From Candidatus Heimdallarchaeum aukensis (GTDB lineage Archaea > Asgardarchaeota > Heimdallarchaeia > Heimdallarchaeales > Heimdallarchaeaceae): DNA of 64,000 bases. Below are positions 1 to 9,818 of the stretch, in pieces. The stretch lies in NCBI GenBank assembly GCA_021513695.1, contig CP084166.1, positions 128,001-192,000 on the forward strand. Reading direction: 5' to 3'. The notes under the pieces were generated by a model, which worked only from the letters and a program-made list of their open reading frames with translations, was not told the origin of the DNA and searched no databases. The position numbers were made by a program, and so were the translations under genes. Within the stretch, counting starts at the first letter, position 1; each line of letters opens with the position of its first letter.

Positions 1-490
1 TATTGTATTTAATATATGAATGAAAGGATATAACACCATTACTGTATAGAAAATGATGTATGTTGCTAAAGTAGCATGTCCTGTCATCAAAGATATTATT
101 GAGATTGGTAAGTAAACCAATAAAAAAGCTCCTCCAACGCTAAAGGTAATGTATAAACTTTCAAAAATCACAGTTAAGAGTTTTACTTTACCTTTAGTTA
201 GATAGAACCCTACTGCTGTAAAAACTATAGAAACTACTAGAAAAATTCCACCTAACATAATAATTAAGTCAGAGAAACCTGTGTTACATTTTAACATATA
301 AATTGCGAGAGCTCCTATTAGAAAAATGTAGATTGAACTGTCCAAAAACTTTCTGTAAAAAGGTTTTGAACGTAACATAAGACATATTATGCTTTTGGAC
401 ATTTATATATTTGACTAAAAAAGTAGCTGTTTTTGTGAAACTTGTTCAAAGACTTCTAAAAAAGGAAAATAGTGAAAAAAATAAAAATTT

Positions 491-1567
491 CTATGTTGGA
501 ACAGTAACTTTTTGTTCTTTGATTTTTCGTTTTGTTTTGAGTTGTTTGAATGTTTTATCTTTGTTGTAATAAGGAGATTTACTTAATAATACTGCTCTTG
601 CAATAGGTCTAAAGGGTATGATAAGCATCCGCATTAGCATTCTTTTTCTCTTGAACTCTTTTAGGAAATCTTCAAAGTTAAATCTCTGAAACTTTAAGAC
701 CCTTTGTGCTTCTTCTGTATCCATCCAATCGCAGTGGTAGTAATCGTCTTCAGTCTTAATAGGTTTAAAAGCTTCTTCAGGGAGCATGCCAATTCCCATA
801 GCGCCAAGCATTCCTCTGATATATTCGCTTTGTATCATCCTGTTTCCGTCTCCTCCTCCAATAAAGAATATCTTACTTATTGCTTCTTCATTTCCTACAG
901 CGTTGGCGCATGCTAAACCAACATCTCTAGTATCAACAACTTCAATTCTTTGTGTCAAAGGAATCTCAAACATTATTGGGGGGATCTTAAAAGAGATTTC
1001 AAAAGGTGTTACCACTCCAAAACGCAGGATAGTCCAATTTAACTTACTTTCAAGTAGGATGTTTTCAACTGTTATTTTGTGTGAAGCATAATTGTCATAG
1101 TTTAATGGTTCCAAAGGGTCTGTTACTTTTGTAGGCGGTGGATATTTCATCCTGTTTCCATGTACAGCAATAGAAGATGCATAAATAAATTGAATATTTT
1201 TATCATTCTTTTCTTGCTCTTTTTCTGCACACTCAATCAAACTCTTTGATCCTAATACATTTACAGAGAAGGCAAAATCTGGCTTTTCATAAGCTAGTGG
1301 TGGAATAATTGCAGCTAGATGAACTATAGTATCAACATCTTGAACTATTTTTTTTACTGTTTCTTTATCTCTAATATCTCCCCAGACTACTTCAAAACTT
1401 TTATTTTCTTTTTTTAACTGTCTATATAATTTTCTCTTAACTTCAACATTTCGTTGTGTTTTTACATCAAAAGCTCTAACTTCATACCCCTTTTTTATAA
1501 GTTCTAATAGAGCATTTTTTCCAACATTACCGAATGACCCTGTTAGTAATACTTTCATTTTAACCAA
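491..1567 (-). CDS. NAD(P)-dependent epimerase/dehydratase family protein (SDR fold)
   Basis: 358-aa ORF. The N-terminus MKVLLTGSFGNVGKNALLELIKKGYEVRAFD is a Rossmann GxxGxxG dinucleotide-binding motif. Overall it resembles nucleoside-diphosphate-sugar epimerases and reductases. Confidence 0.55.
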   Translation of the reverse strand: MVKMKVLLTGSFGNVGKNALLELIKKGYEVRAFDVKTQRNVEVKRKLYRQLKKENKSFEVVWGDIRDKETVKKIVQDVDTIVHLAAIIPPLAYEKPDFAFSVNVLGSKSLIECAEKEQEKNDKNIQFIYASSIAVHGNRMKYPPPTKVTDPLEPLNYDNYASHKITVENILLESKLNWTILRFGVVTPFEISFKIPPIMFEIPLTQRIEVVDTRDVGLACANAVGNEEAISKIFFIGGGDGNRMIQSEYIRGMLGAMGIGMLPEEAFKPIKTEDDYYHCDWMDTEEAQRVLKFQRFNFEDFLKEFKRKRMLMRMLIIPFRPIARAVLLSKSPYYNKDKTFKQLKTKRKIKEQKVTVPT

Positions 1568-2153
1568 TTTACCATTGTTTTTAGTAGTAATAATCAGTTA
1601 GATTCAACCGTTTTTTTCAGAATATGAGAACTGTTTTTGGGAAAGATTTATATAATAGACTTAAAACAGCAGAATTTTAAAAACACTAAACTTAAGGCTT
1701 GTAACAGCCAAAATATTAAAAAAAAAGAAAATAGGTTAATTCTTATCTTCGTCTAAAGAGTTTTCTCCAAAATAAAATCTTAGTTTTAAGATTAATACTA
1801 CACATTGGCTCTTTTTCTATAATTTTTAATTCAAGGAGATCTTTATCAAAAGATTCGAAAATTCCAAGGTCAGAATATCCCCTTCCAATTTCTCCTTCGT
1901 ATTTTTTAATAAATTGTTCATGGAGCAGTAAAAACTATAATTATTCCTCTTTCTTCATCTGTTTTAAAGTATAATTTTAAATTAGTAAAAACTACTTTTT
2001 CTTTACTCTTGTTAACCAAAACTTTCTTTGGAATATGCATATAGAGCAGCTAAAAAGCTAGTTTGAAGGGTGTGATCGGGTCTCATCTTGCAAGTTTTTC
2101 CACCAAAACACTTGCTGTAATAAGGAATTCCACTTTTATCTAAAATAAAAATA

Positions 2154-2702
2154 TCATCTGGTATAATTTTCCATTTTCTCTTTTCGTGACTGCTTAGTAA
2201 CATTGCCTTTAGACAAAAGTTCACAAACATCAAGAGGACAATTTAAGCATACTTTAGCATTGTAATCAAATCTTTTTGAAGTAAATATTCTTTTTATGAT
2301 AAAAAAAGCGAATGTTACTGCAATTGGGATAACTATTCGATACCATAGTATCTTGTCAACGAAAGAATAAAAAATGCTTGAAAAAATAATATACATAGAA
2401 GAAGCAGAAGAAAAACCTAACAAAAAGCGTGCTATGTCTTTAATTATTCTTTTCATTTCAAAAAAAACTGTAAAAATTGTTGGAATAAAAGTTAAAATTA
2501 TAATTAATAGCAATGCAGGGACATCTAGAACTTTGTAAAAAGAGAAAGATAGGTAAAAAACTACCCCTATTGCTAATCCTGAATAAAAGTTTGTGCACCC
2601 TCTGCAGATTCTATATCCATTAATTATATATACATGATTAGCAAAAAATGAACAATTAGGGTGATGTGACCAAGTATCTTTATCTTTAGGAAGAAGTTTC
2701 AT
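2154..2702 (-). CDS. hypothetical polytopic membrane protein with two Cys clusters (CRGC ... CLNCPLDVC)
   Basis: 182-aa ORF with about 4 hydrophobic helices and two CxxC-like cysteine pairs. No family recognised. The 3' end overlaps ORF 2012..2233 in another frame. Confidence 0.3.
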   Translation of the reverse strand: MKLLPKDKDTWSHHPNCSFFANHVYIINGYRICRGCTNFYSGLAIGVVFYLSFSFYKVLDVPALLLIIILTFIPTIFTVFFEMKRIIKDIARFLLGFSSASSMYIIFSSIFYSFVDKILWYRIVIPIAVTFAFFIIKRIFTSKRFDYNAKVCLNCPLDVCELLSKGNVTKQSRKEKMENYTR

Positions 2703-2740
2703 CTACTATCTTATTTGATGGCAAAATTAAAATTGTTTGT

Positions 2741-3187
2741 TTGTTCGATATATTTTTATTGTTCACTATATTTTCCATTTTAATGAACTCCAACTCAAAG
2801 AAAAGTGATGAAAGCACAATAAAAAAAGAAAACAAACAAAGCAATGACGTTATAAACAAGGCCAAAAAAAGTGCTGGTAAGACTGCGGAGAAAAAATCAT
2901 ATGAAGAAAAAGAAGAACTACTAATTAGTGAACTTAAATCTGTTAACAGATCATGGATAAAAAACCCCTATTTGTTTTGGATTTGTTTAATCGCAGGTCC
3001 TGCGTGGTTTGTTGGAGCATTATTTGTACCACTAGAAAGCACATTGTTAAGTTGGATACAAGCTATTTTCTTTTTCTTAAGTGTTGGTTTCTCAATTCTG
3101 CCATTAAGTTACTTGTTTAATCTTCTATGGATAGAATTACTTAAAAAACAAGAAAAAAAAAGAATTAGTCAAAAATCAGAAGAATAA
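2741..3187 (+). CDS. hypothetical membrane protein (Lys-rich N-terminal half, two C-terminal TM helices)
   Basis: 148-aa ORF; composition and hydrophobicity only. Confidence 0.25.
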   Translation: MFDIFLLFTIFSILMNSNSKKSDESTIKKENKQSNDVINKAKKSAGKTAEKKSYEEKEELLISELKSVNRSWIKNPYLFWICLIAGPAWFVGALFVPLESTLLSWIQAIFFFLSVGFSILPLSYLFNLLWIELLKKQEKKRISQKSEE

Positions 3188-3259
3188 ACATAAAAATCTT
3201 TATTCTTCAATGTCTTACTAATATTCTTAAATTCTTTTATTAAATAAATAATAAATAAT

Positions 3260-6200
3260 TTGCATATATTTATTAATGTCTGTTTAAAATTCACCTTTAT
3301 GAGTATAAAAAGCAAAAAAATTTTTTTGTCTTTTATTATTATTATGTTTATTACTTTAACAATAAATAGTGTAAAAGCTGAAGAGCAAGCAGCTCCTATT
3401 TTATATACGAAGTATTCTTCTTACACCAATATAGTTGAGTCAGTTTTTGACGAGAATAATCAAATGCATATTTTTCTCGGTCGTTCAGATGAATTTAATT
3501 ATAAAATCTTACATATCTTTAATGGAGAAGCGATACTCATTGATGCTGGTGTAAATAACATAGAAAGATTTTTCAAAGCAAAAATCTTCCCTGGAGGAGT
3601 TGCATTATTCTATTTAGATCACGATATTACAAAAGGAGATACATTATACTATTATTATTATTTCATAAATAACGGTTCACATGGCCTCAAGGTAATAACA
3701 AAATCAGGATTAGCATCTAATTATAAAATCAATATATTTCAGGATAACTCCAGATTTACAATTATTACTTCGTATAGTATTTCCTATTATACAAGTGCAA
3801 TAAAAAGCTTTAACTGCAGTTTTAGCGGAGAAATTTTAGACTCTGAAAGTTATGATGTTGAAGTCTCAATTTACAAGATAAAAGGATTCGTCTTTCAGAA
3901 TGAAAAAATATTCTTTTATTTTTACAAAGATGTTTATAACGCTAGTGCTTACCTCTCTTTTCTCTATGTTCAAGGGATAAACGAAAATGGACATATTTTC
4001 AATTCGAGCGTAATTGAATATCCTAATAGTTATTCAGAAACAATTATAACGCAAGGAATCAAAAAAGATTTTTATATCCAAACTATACAAGATGGTCAAA
4101 TTTTTTATTATTCTTTTAATGAAAATGAGACTTTTAGTTTCAGTGACTATAATTCTGCAGATTTTTATATTTACTATTATAACGAATATTCTATCGAGTA
4201 CACAGGTAATTGGATAAACACGACTTTCATAGAGTATGAATACATGTATTATAGTGACTTCTCTTATTCTTCAACTATTAACATTTTAGCTATCGTTACT
4301 TCATATAATTCAGAACAAATGTTGTTTGCAAAATTTGAAAAAACTATAACTTTTCAAGAAAGCTTTTTCCAATACTCAGTAGACATTGCTCTCGATGGTC
4401 CTTATTATTATATGTTTATTGCCACTAAAAGTACTGAAAAAATCCACTTTAATGAAACTGAAGTTTTAGGATTATATGTTCTCACAGATGATCCTAATTT
4501 TGTTCCACCTAAAGAACCAATATACTATGAAATCAAGCATATCTCCAATTTTACCTATTTCATGAAAAATTATTGGTGGACCCTTTTAATCGGTTTCGGT
4601 TTCATTGGTGGAATGTACGGTATTTTCCACAAGAGGATTAATAAGTCAATTCGCAAAATGAAAAAATTCCTGTTAAGACCTGTTGTGGACAATGTTTCTA
4701 CTGCTAAACTAATTTTAATCAACATTTGGCTATTTTTCTTTAATACTTATAGTTTAGTTCTTTCTTTGTGGAGAGTTAATAAAAAAAGACTAATAATAAA
4801 CATTCTTGGTCTTTCAATTCTTGCGTTTGTTCTGATAAACACTTCAGTACTTTATAATTCAGAACAGGCAACTGTTCTTCAGAAATATTTTGACAACCAT
4901 GACTTTGGTTCTAATTATGATACTTCTGTAGATTTTACAAAGACATTTATTGAACAATCAAAAACCGCTGAAAATATTTCCTTAATTAATGAAAATTATA
5001 CTTTATTAGCTGCAGAAGATATAATGAAATCTTTGAAACAAAAAGCTCCTACTTTAGCTTCCTTAATAGTTGATTATCAACTAACCAGTTTAATTACTAT
5101 CACAGGTTCAAACGTTACTTACGGAAATGAAGATATTCAATATTATTCAATAAACTCAAGCTATAATTTTGTTTTACAATCACTACTAGTTAATGGTACT
5201 TTGCCTAATAAAAAAGGAGAAGTAATTGTTTCTAGTAGTGTTGCTGAATATTATGACTTTCAAGTGGGTGAAGTAATACAATTTCAAGCAGTAAGCTATA
5301 AAGGTGCTTTCCTAAATTATGATGTAGTCAACCTAACTGTTTCTGGAATTTTTTCTAGTATTGGTTACAATACTTTGCGACAACTATGCGCAGATAATGA
5401 TCTACCATTTGATCCTGTTAGATATCTTACCTCTAACATGTTTTCAGCTATCGCTTTTAACAAATACTTCTTAAAAAATCTAGAAAATATCTCTTTAGGA
5501 CAACTAACCTTGTACGGAGATTTAGAGTTTATTTATGACTTTTCTTCGCTTGATCTAGAATCCTTTGAAAAACTAGTTGAAGAATATGAGTATTTAACTG
5601 AAAATCCTACTCAATACTTTAAATTTGATCCCAATGGTACCTGGTCATTAAGTTACGAGTTACGATATGTTATAATATATTTCCAATATGACCTAATAAT
5701 CATGCGGTTTTTAATCTATTTACTAACAATACCTATAGTCTTCTTAGCTTTATTTTTATTAAGTGAAGTTAACTCTATCTTTGCTTCAAGTTTTAAACAA
5801 GAGATAGAAATATTACAATCCCAAGGATTATCTGTTGGAAGAATAACTTTCATTTATTCTTCAATGAAATTCGGAGAGTCAGTTGTTGGAACAGTATTTG
5901 GACTTCTTGGAACATTTATATTTACACCAATTCTTTTAAAAGTTGATAAATTTCTACAATTTACGAACCCAATTTATCATTTTACTTTAAAGGGTAGCTT
6001 ATCTACAATTTTCATAACCTTTTTTGCTTTAATCATAGCTTCTCTCCCTCGAATTATTAGATTGGCAAAACAATCTGAAAAGAAACAAAAAGAACCAAGA
6101 AGATTTGTAACTCTAATAAAACGATTAAGAATACATTACTTTTTAGTCGTTATTTTTGGCGGAATTATTGCTTTCGGGGGATATTATTTAGCTGCTATTT

Positions 6201-7579
6201 TCACTTGGGTTTTTGAAGATTCATTTACTTCTCTCCTTGCTGTTTTTGTCAGCTTAATGGGAATAGGAGCTATGATTTCTATTTTCGGTATCGGATTAAT
6301 AATCAGAGAATTACATAATCTTCTCCTCATAATAGTCAGTAAATTGTCTTGGAAAGTTAAGAAATCTATAGGTTCCTTTTCATTAATTGAAGTTCGTTCT
6401 GATGCTAAGTTATTTACAAATACCTTTTTCTCATTTCTACTAATAATAGCTTTTGTAGTCCCTTCAATTATTGTTCCTTTGGCAATACAGGACCATTTCG
6501 TAAATATATCTTATTTCTCTTCTGGATCAGATGTTTATATTTCTAGCTGGTCTCTGTATAATGCTTCTAAGTCAAATATTACTTCTTACGATGAAGTAGT
6601 AAGTGTTGCTAATATTAGTGTTATAGAAACTACATATGGAGAACTCAACTTCCGTTTTCTAGTAATAGATAATTTAACAGAGTTCCGTTCTACAATATAC
6701 GATGTTCCAAAATACATAATGCCTGATTTTGATGAACTTCTATCCAAATTAGAACAAAATGATACTATGCTAGTAAGTAAGTTGTTTAACAAAGTTTTTC
6801 TTTCTCCTGAAACTTTTACCTTCACATCAGCTAATGAATCACTCAATAAAGAAATTCGAGTTGGAGGAGAGTTTACATACTTCCCTATCTTTTTCTTTGG
6901 CGATCGGTGGTTAAACGATAATTTTGAAATTTATTATTACGATTACATATGGTTTACTTTTCATATTGTCTTGACAAATCAAACTTTTACAGAAATCAAA
7001 GAAACTTTGAAAACACCTACTGTAGTTGTTGATAGACTCTTAATCAAACTTAAACCTAATTCTAATCCCATTAAATTTACTGAAAAAATTAAAAGAGATC
7101 TAAATATTGATTCAAGAAGTACGAAAGAACTAGCTGACTCAACTCTGTTTCAAGCCTATCCTTTCTATAGTGTTTTAACTTCGATGTTTGTTTATACAAT
7201 ACTAATGAGTATATTTGCAGTTGCTTTTATCAGTCTGAGTAATCCTTTGAAACTCTTGATACAGAAATCATCAAAGAATGACATTTTAAGAAAACTGGGT
7301 GTAAGGGTGAATAGAATTATTAACATATCTGCTTTTGAAATCTTTGTTTCAAGTTTTATACCTGGGATGATTCTTGGAGGACTTAGTGCCTACGGATTGT
7401 ATGTATTTTTCAAATACATTTTTATTGACTTTGGTTGGCGCGGTCTACCATACAAGAGTTACATGTTCTTCCCTGTTACTGGCGTTGTTATAGGCATATT
7501 TGGAGCATTATATTATGTCATCTTCTACTTCTCTATGAAGATGAATTTCTATAAATATAGACCTAGAAATTTGGAGTGA
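3260..7579 (+). CDS. single-chain FtsX/MacB-type ABC transporter permease with an N-terminal secreted domain of about 430 aa and two FtsX permease modules
   Basis: A probable true start at 3299 (MSIKSKKIFLSFIIIMFITLTINSVKAEE) gives a signal peptide. After the TM helix WWTLLIGFGFIGGMYGIF comes LWRVNKKRLIINILGLSILAFVLI, the typical start of a MacB/FtsX permease. Two 4-TM bundles follow, each preceded by a large extracytoplasmic domain. The stop overlaps the start of the downstream ATPase (7576), which suggests translational coupling. Confidence 0.6.
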   Translation: MHIFINVCLKFTFMSIKSKKIFLSFIIIMFITLTINSVKAEEQAAPILYTKYSSYTNIVESVFDENNQMHIFLGRSDEFNYKILHIFNGEAILIDAGVNNIERFFKAKIFPGGVALFYLDHDITKGDTLYYYYYFINNGSHGLKVITKSGLASNYKINIFQDNSRFTIITSYSISYYTSAIKSFNCSFSGEILDSESYDVEVSIYKIKGFVFQNEKIFFYFYKDVYNASAYLSFLYVQGINENGHIFNSSVIEYPNSYSETIITQGIKKDFYIQTIQDGQIFYYSFNENETFSFSDYNSADFYIYYYNEYSIEYTGNWINTTFIEYEYMYYSDFSYSSTINILAIVTSYNSEQMLFAKFEKTITFQESFFQYSVDIALDGPYYYMFIATKSTEKIHFNETEVLGLYVLTDDPNFVPPKEPIYYEIKHISNFTYFMKNYWWTLLIGFGFIGGMYGIFHKRINKSIRKMKKFLLRPVVDNVSTAKLILINIWLFFFNTYSLVLSLWRVNKKRLIINILGLSILAFVLINTSVLYNSEQATVLQKYFDNHDFGSNYDTSVDFTKTFIEQSKTAENISLINENYTLLAAEDIMKSLKQKAPTLASLIVDYQLTSLITITGSNVTYGNEDIQYYSINSSYNFVLQSLLVNGTLPNKKGEVIVSSSVAEYYDFQVGEVIQFQAVSYKGAFLNYDVVNLTVSGIFSSIGYNTLRQLCADNDLPFDPVRYLTSNMFSAIAFNKYFLKNLENISLGQLTLYGDLEFIYDFSSLDLESFEKLVEEYEYLTENPTQYFKFDPNGTWSLSYELRYVIIYFQYDLIIMRFLIYLLTIPIVFLALFLLSEVNSIFASSFKQEIEILQSQGLSVGRITFIYSSMKFGESVVGTVFGLLGTFIFTPILLKVDKFLQFTNPIYHFTLKGSLSTIFITFFALIIASLPRIIRLAKQSEKKQKEPRRFVTLIKRLRIHYFLVVIFGGIIAFGGYYLAAIFTWVFEDSFTSLLAVFVSLMGIGAMISIFGIGLIIRELHNLLLIIVSKLSWKVKKSIGSFSLIEVRSDAKLFTNTFFSFLLIIAFVVPSIIVPLAIQDHFVNISYFSSGSDVYISSWSLYNASKSNITSYDEVVSVANISVIETTYGELNFRFLVIDNLTEFRSTIYDVPKYIMPDFDELLSKLEQNDTMLVSKLFNKVFLSPETFTFTSANESLNKEIRVGGEFTYFPIFFFGDRWLNDNFEIYYYDYIWFTFHIVLTNQTFTEIKETLKTPTVVVDRLLIKLKPNSNPIKFTEKIKRDLNIDSRSTKELADSTLFQAYPFYSVLTSMFVYTILMSIFAVAFISLSNPLKLLIQKSSKNDILRKLGVRVNRIINISAFEIFVSSFIPGMILGGLSAYGLYVFFKYIFIDFGWRGLPYKSYMFFPVTGVVIGIFGALYYVIFYFSMKMNFYKYRPRNLE

Positions 7580-9333
7580 TAAAAGTGATACAAGCTGATG
7601 ATTTATTAAAAGTATATTATGACCCTATTACTGAATACAAAGTTGCTGCTTTAAGAGGGTTATCTCTTGATATTAAAGAAGGTCAGTTAGTTAGTATAAT
7701 AGGCCCTTCTGGTTCAGGTAAAACAACCTTAATTAACATTTTAGCCGGACTTGATGTTCCTACAGGTGGAAGAGTAATTGTTAAGGGTCAACAATTAGAT
7801 AAAATGACAGAAAGAGAAAGAAGAGAGTTTAGGTATTATAATATTGGTTTAATTAATCAGTTTATAAGCCAGAACTTGTTTCCAAGACTCACTGTAATAG
7901 AAAATCTGATGATACCTAAACGTATGTTTTGTCTTCCTCATGAAACAGCTAAAAAAGAAGTAGAAGAGTTACTCGAACTTTTGAGATTAAAGCATATAGC
8001 AAAGAATAATGTAGAAAAAATATCTGGAGGAGAAGCAATTCGGTTGTCTCTTGGAGTAGCCTTAGCAAAGAATCCTGATATTTTGTTGTGTGACGAACCT
8101 ACAGGTCAATTAGACAATATGCATACTAAAGAAGTAGTTGAAACTATTAAAGATGTAAATATTACCATGGGTAAAACAATACTTGTAGTTACCCACGATA
8201 TTCGCTTTAGGACTGTTTTTGAACGAAGTTTCATCATTCGTGATGGCCGTCTTGCTGGAATTAGTGTGGATATTAATAGGAATCAACTAGAATTTCTTAT
8301 GGAATCTTCTGAAATGAAGAGATCTTATGTAGACCCTTCTAATTTCGCTAGAATTCCAGATGAAATAAAACGCAGTTTAGGCATTAAAGACACTGTTGAA
8401 TATGATCTTCATCCTTCGAAAAAGATTGGTTTAATTTGGAATCCTGATTTGATAACTAGAGAAGATATTTTCCACATATTAAACAACCCAGAAGAAGAGT
8501 ATGAAGAGACAGTAGATCAAATAAGCTATGAAGATGTAGAACCTATTCTCTCTCGAAGTTTTGTACCTCCTGAAAAAGAAGAACCTATTATTAAAATAAG
8601 TAATTTGAAGAAAGGATATCCTTCTCCAGCTGGATATAATCTTGTACTAAAGGGTATTAACTTATCAATTAATAAAGGAGATTTTGTTTTTATTTCTGGT
8701 CCCAGTGGAGTAGGTAAGACTACGCTCTTTAATTGTATTTCAGGATTAGATAAGATTGATGATGGACATGTAGAAATAATGGGTTTTGATATCAAAAACC
8801 AACCAGAACCTCTTATTTCTGATTTTAGATTAAAGCACATATCTTATATCACTCAGCACAATAACCTTTTTGAACCGCTATTAGTTGAAGATAACCTTTT
8901 CTTACCTTATTTGTTTTTAGGAGAGAAGATAGATATAGATTATGCCAAAAAAATAATGAAAGAATGCTTTATTGATCATAAAATTAAGTCTTACCCTGAT
9001 GAACTTTCTGCAGGAGAAAAACAACGTGCAGCACTAGCTACTAGTTTGGCAAGGAAAACATCTATCCTTATTGCTGATGAACCCACTGCTAATCTTAATT
9101 CTGAACTTGCCCGTTCAATAATTAATCTTTTTATGGATATATCTAAGCTAGAGCAAAAAACAGTTATTATCTGTTCTCATGATTTGAGTTTATTACGTCC
9201 AGGATTTAGACATATTCGTCTATCAGATGGTCAGATAGCGGAAGATTATCGTGTAACAAAAGAGCAATTACAAGAGATTATTACAGAATACCTTAGCATT
9301 CAAAAGAACAAAAAAAATGAATCTATTACGTAA
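7576..9333 (+). CDS. ABC transporter ATP-binding protein with two tandem nucleotide-binding domains (MacB/LolD-like)
   Basis: NBD1: Walker A GPSGSGKTTL, signature ISGGEAIRLSLGVALA, Walker B ILLCDEPT. NBD2: Walker A GPSGVGKTTL, signature LSAGEKQRAALATSLA, Walker B ILIADEPT. Confidence 0.85.
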   Translation: MIKVIQADDLLKVYYDPITEYKVAALRGLSLDIKEGQLVSIIGPSGSGKTTLINILAGLDVPTGGRVIVKGQQLDKMTERERREFRYYNIGLINQFISQNLFPRLTVIENLMIPKRMFCLPHETAKKEVEELLELLRLKHIAKNNVEKISGGEAIRLSLGVALAKNPDILLCDEPTGQLDNMHTKEVVETIKDVNITMGKTILVVTHDIRFRTVFERSFIIRDGRLAGISVDINRNQLEFLMESSEMKRSYVDPSNFARIPDEIKRSLGIKDTVEYDLHPSKKIGLIWNPDLITREDIFHILNNPEEEYEETVDQISYEDVEPILSRSFVPPEKEEPIIKISNLKKGYPSPAGYNLVLKGINLSINKGDFVFISGPSGVGKTTLFNCISGLDKIDDGHVEIMGFDIKNQPEPLISDFRLKHISYITQHNNLFEPLLVEDNLFLPYLFLGEKIDIDYAKKIMKECFIDHKIKSYPDELSAGEKQRAALATSLARKTSILIADEPTANLNSELARSIINLFMDISKLEQKTVIICSHDLSLLRPGFRHIRLSDGQIAEDYRVTKEQLQEIITEYLSIQKNKKNESIT

Positions 9334-9386
9334 AATTGTTTTTTTTTAGAAATTTTTTTATCTTTCTTTATTATTCATAATATACT

Positions 9387-9770
9387 ATGAAAAAAAATGT
9401 AAGAACACAAGCTAGAGATACTTTAGATTTTCTAGGAAGAATGAGAGTTTATTTCTTAAGAGGGCATAATAGTTGGTTTTACCTAGTTTTTTATTTTGTA
9501 AATTTCACATTAATTTTCTACAACCTACTAATAGAAAAACTATATTTTATCCCAGACTGGGTTTCATTCTGGAAATTCGCCTTGCTTTTTATTATTCTTT
9601 ATCCTCCTATTGCAATAATTGTAGGTAGATTCGATTATAGAAAGGGGACATATAAAGGAGAACAAGAAGTTCAATTAGCAGTAAATCCTCTATGGAAAAA
9701 AAATTTCCAGCGTCTAGATGACTTAGAAAGAGAAATTAAAGAGTTAAAGAACTTATTACTTCAAAAATAG
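9387..9770 (+). CDS. small hypothetical membrane protein
   Basis: 127-aa ORF with 2-3 hydrophobic helices and a C-terminal coiled-coil-like tail. Confidence 0.3.
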   Translation: MKKNVRTQARDTLDFLGRMRVYFLRGHNSWFYLVFYFVNFTLIFYNLLIEKLYFIPDWVSFWKFALLFIILYPPIAIIVGRFDYRKGTYKGEQEVQLAVNPLWKKNFQRLDDLEREIKELKNLLLQK

Positions 9771-9818
9771 TTTTTCCTCCCTCAAAAAATATATAATTAA
9801 TGTTCCTTAATATAGGTT

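Noticed and set aside
704-1091. Two overlapping + strand ORFs (70 and 101 aa) inside the epimerase gene
   Set aside because: They are fully embedded antisense to a well-supported 358-aa gene, with no recognisable features.
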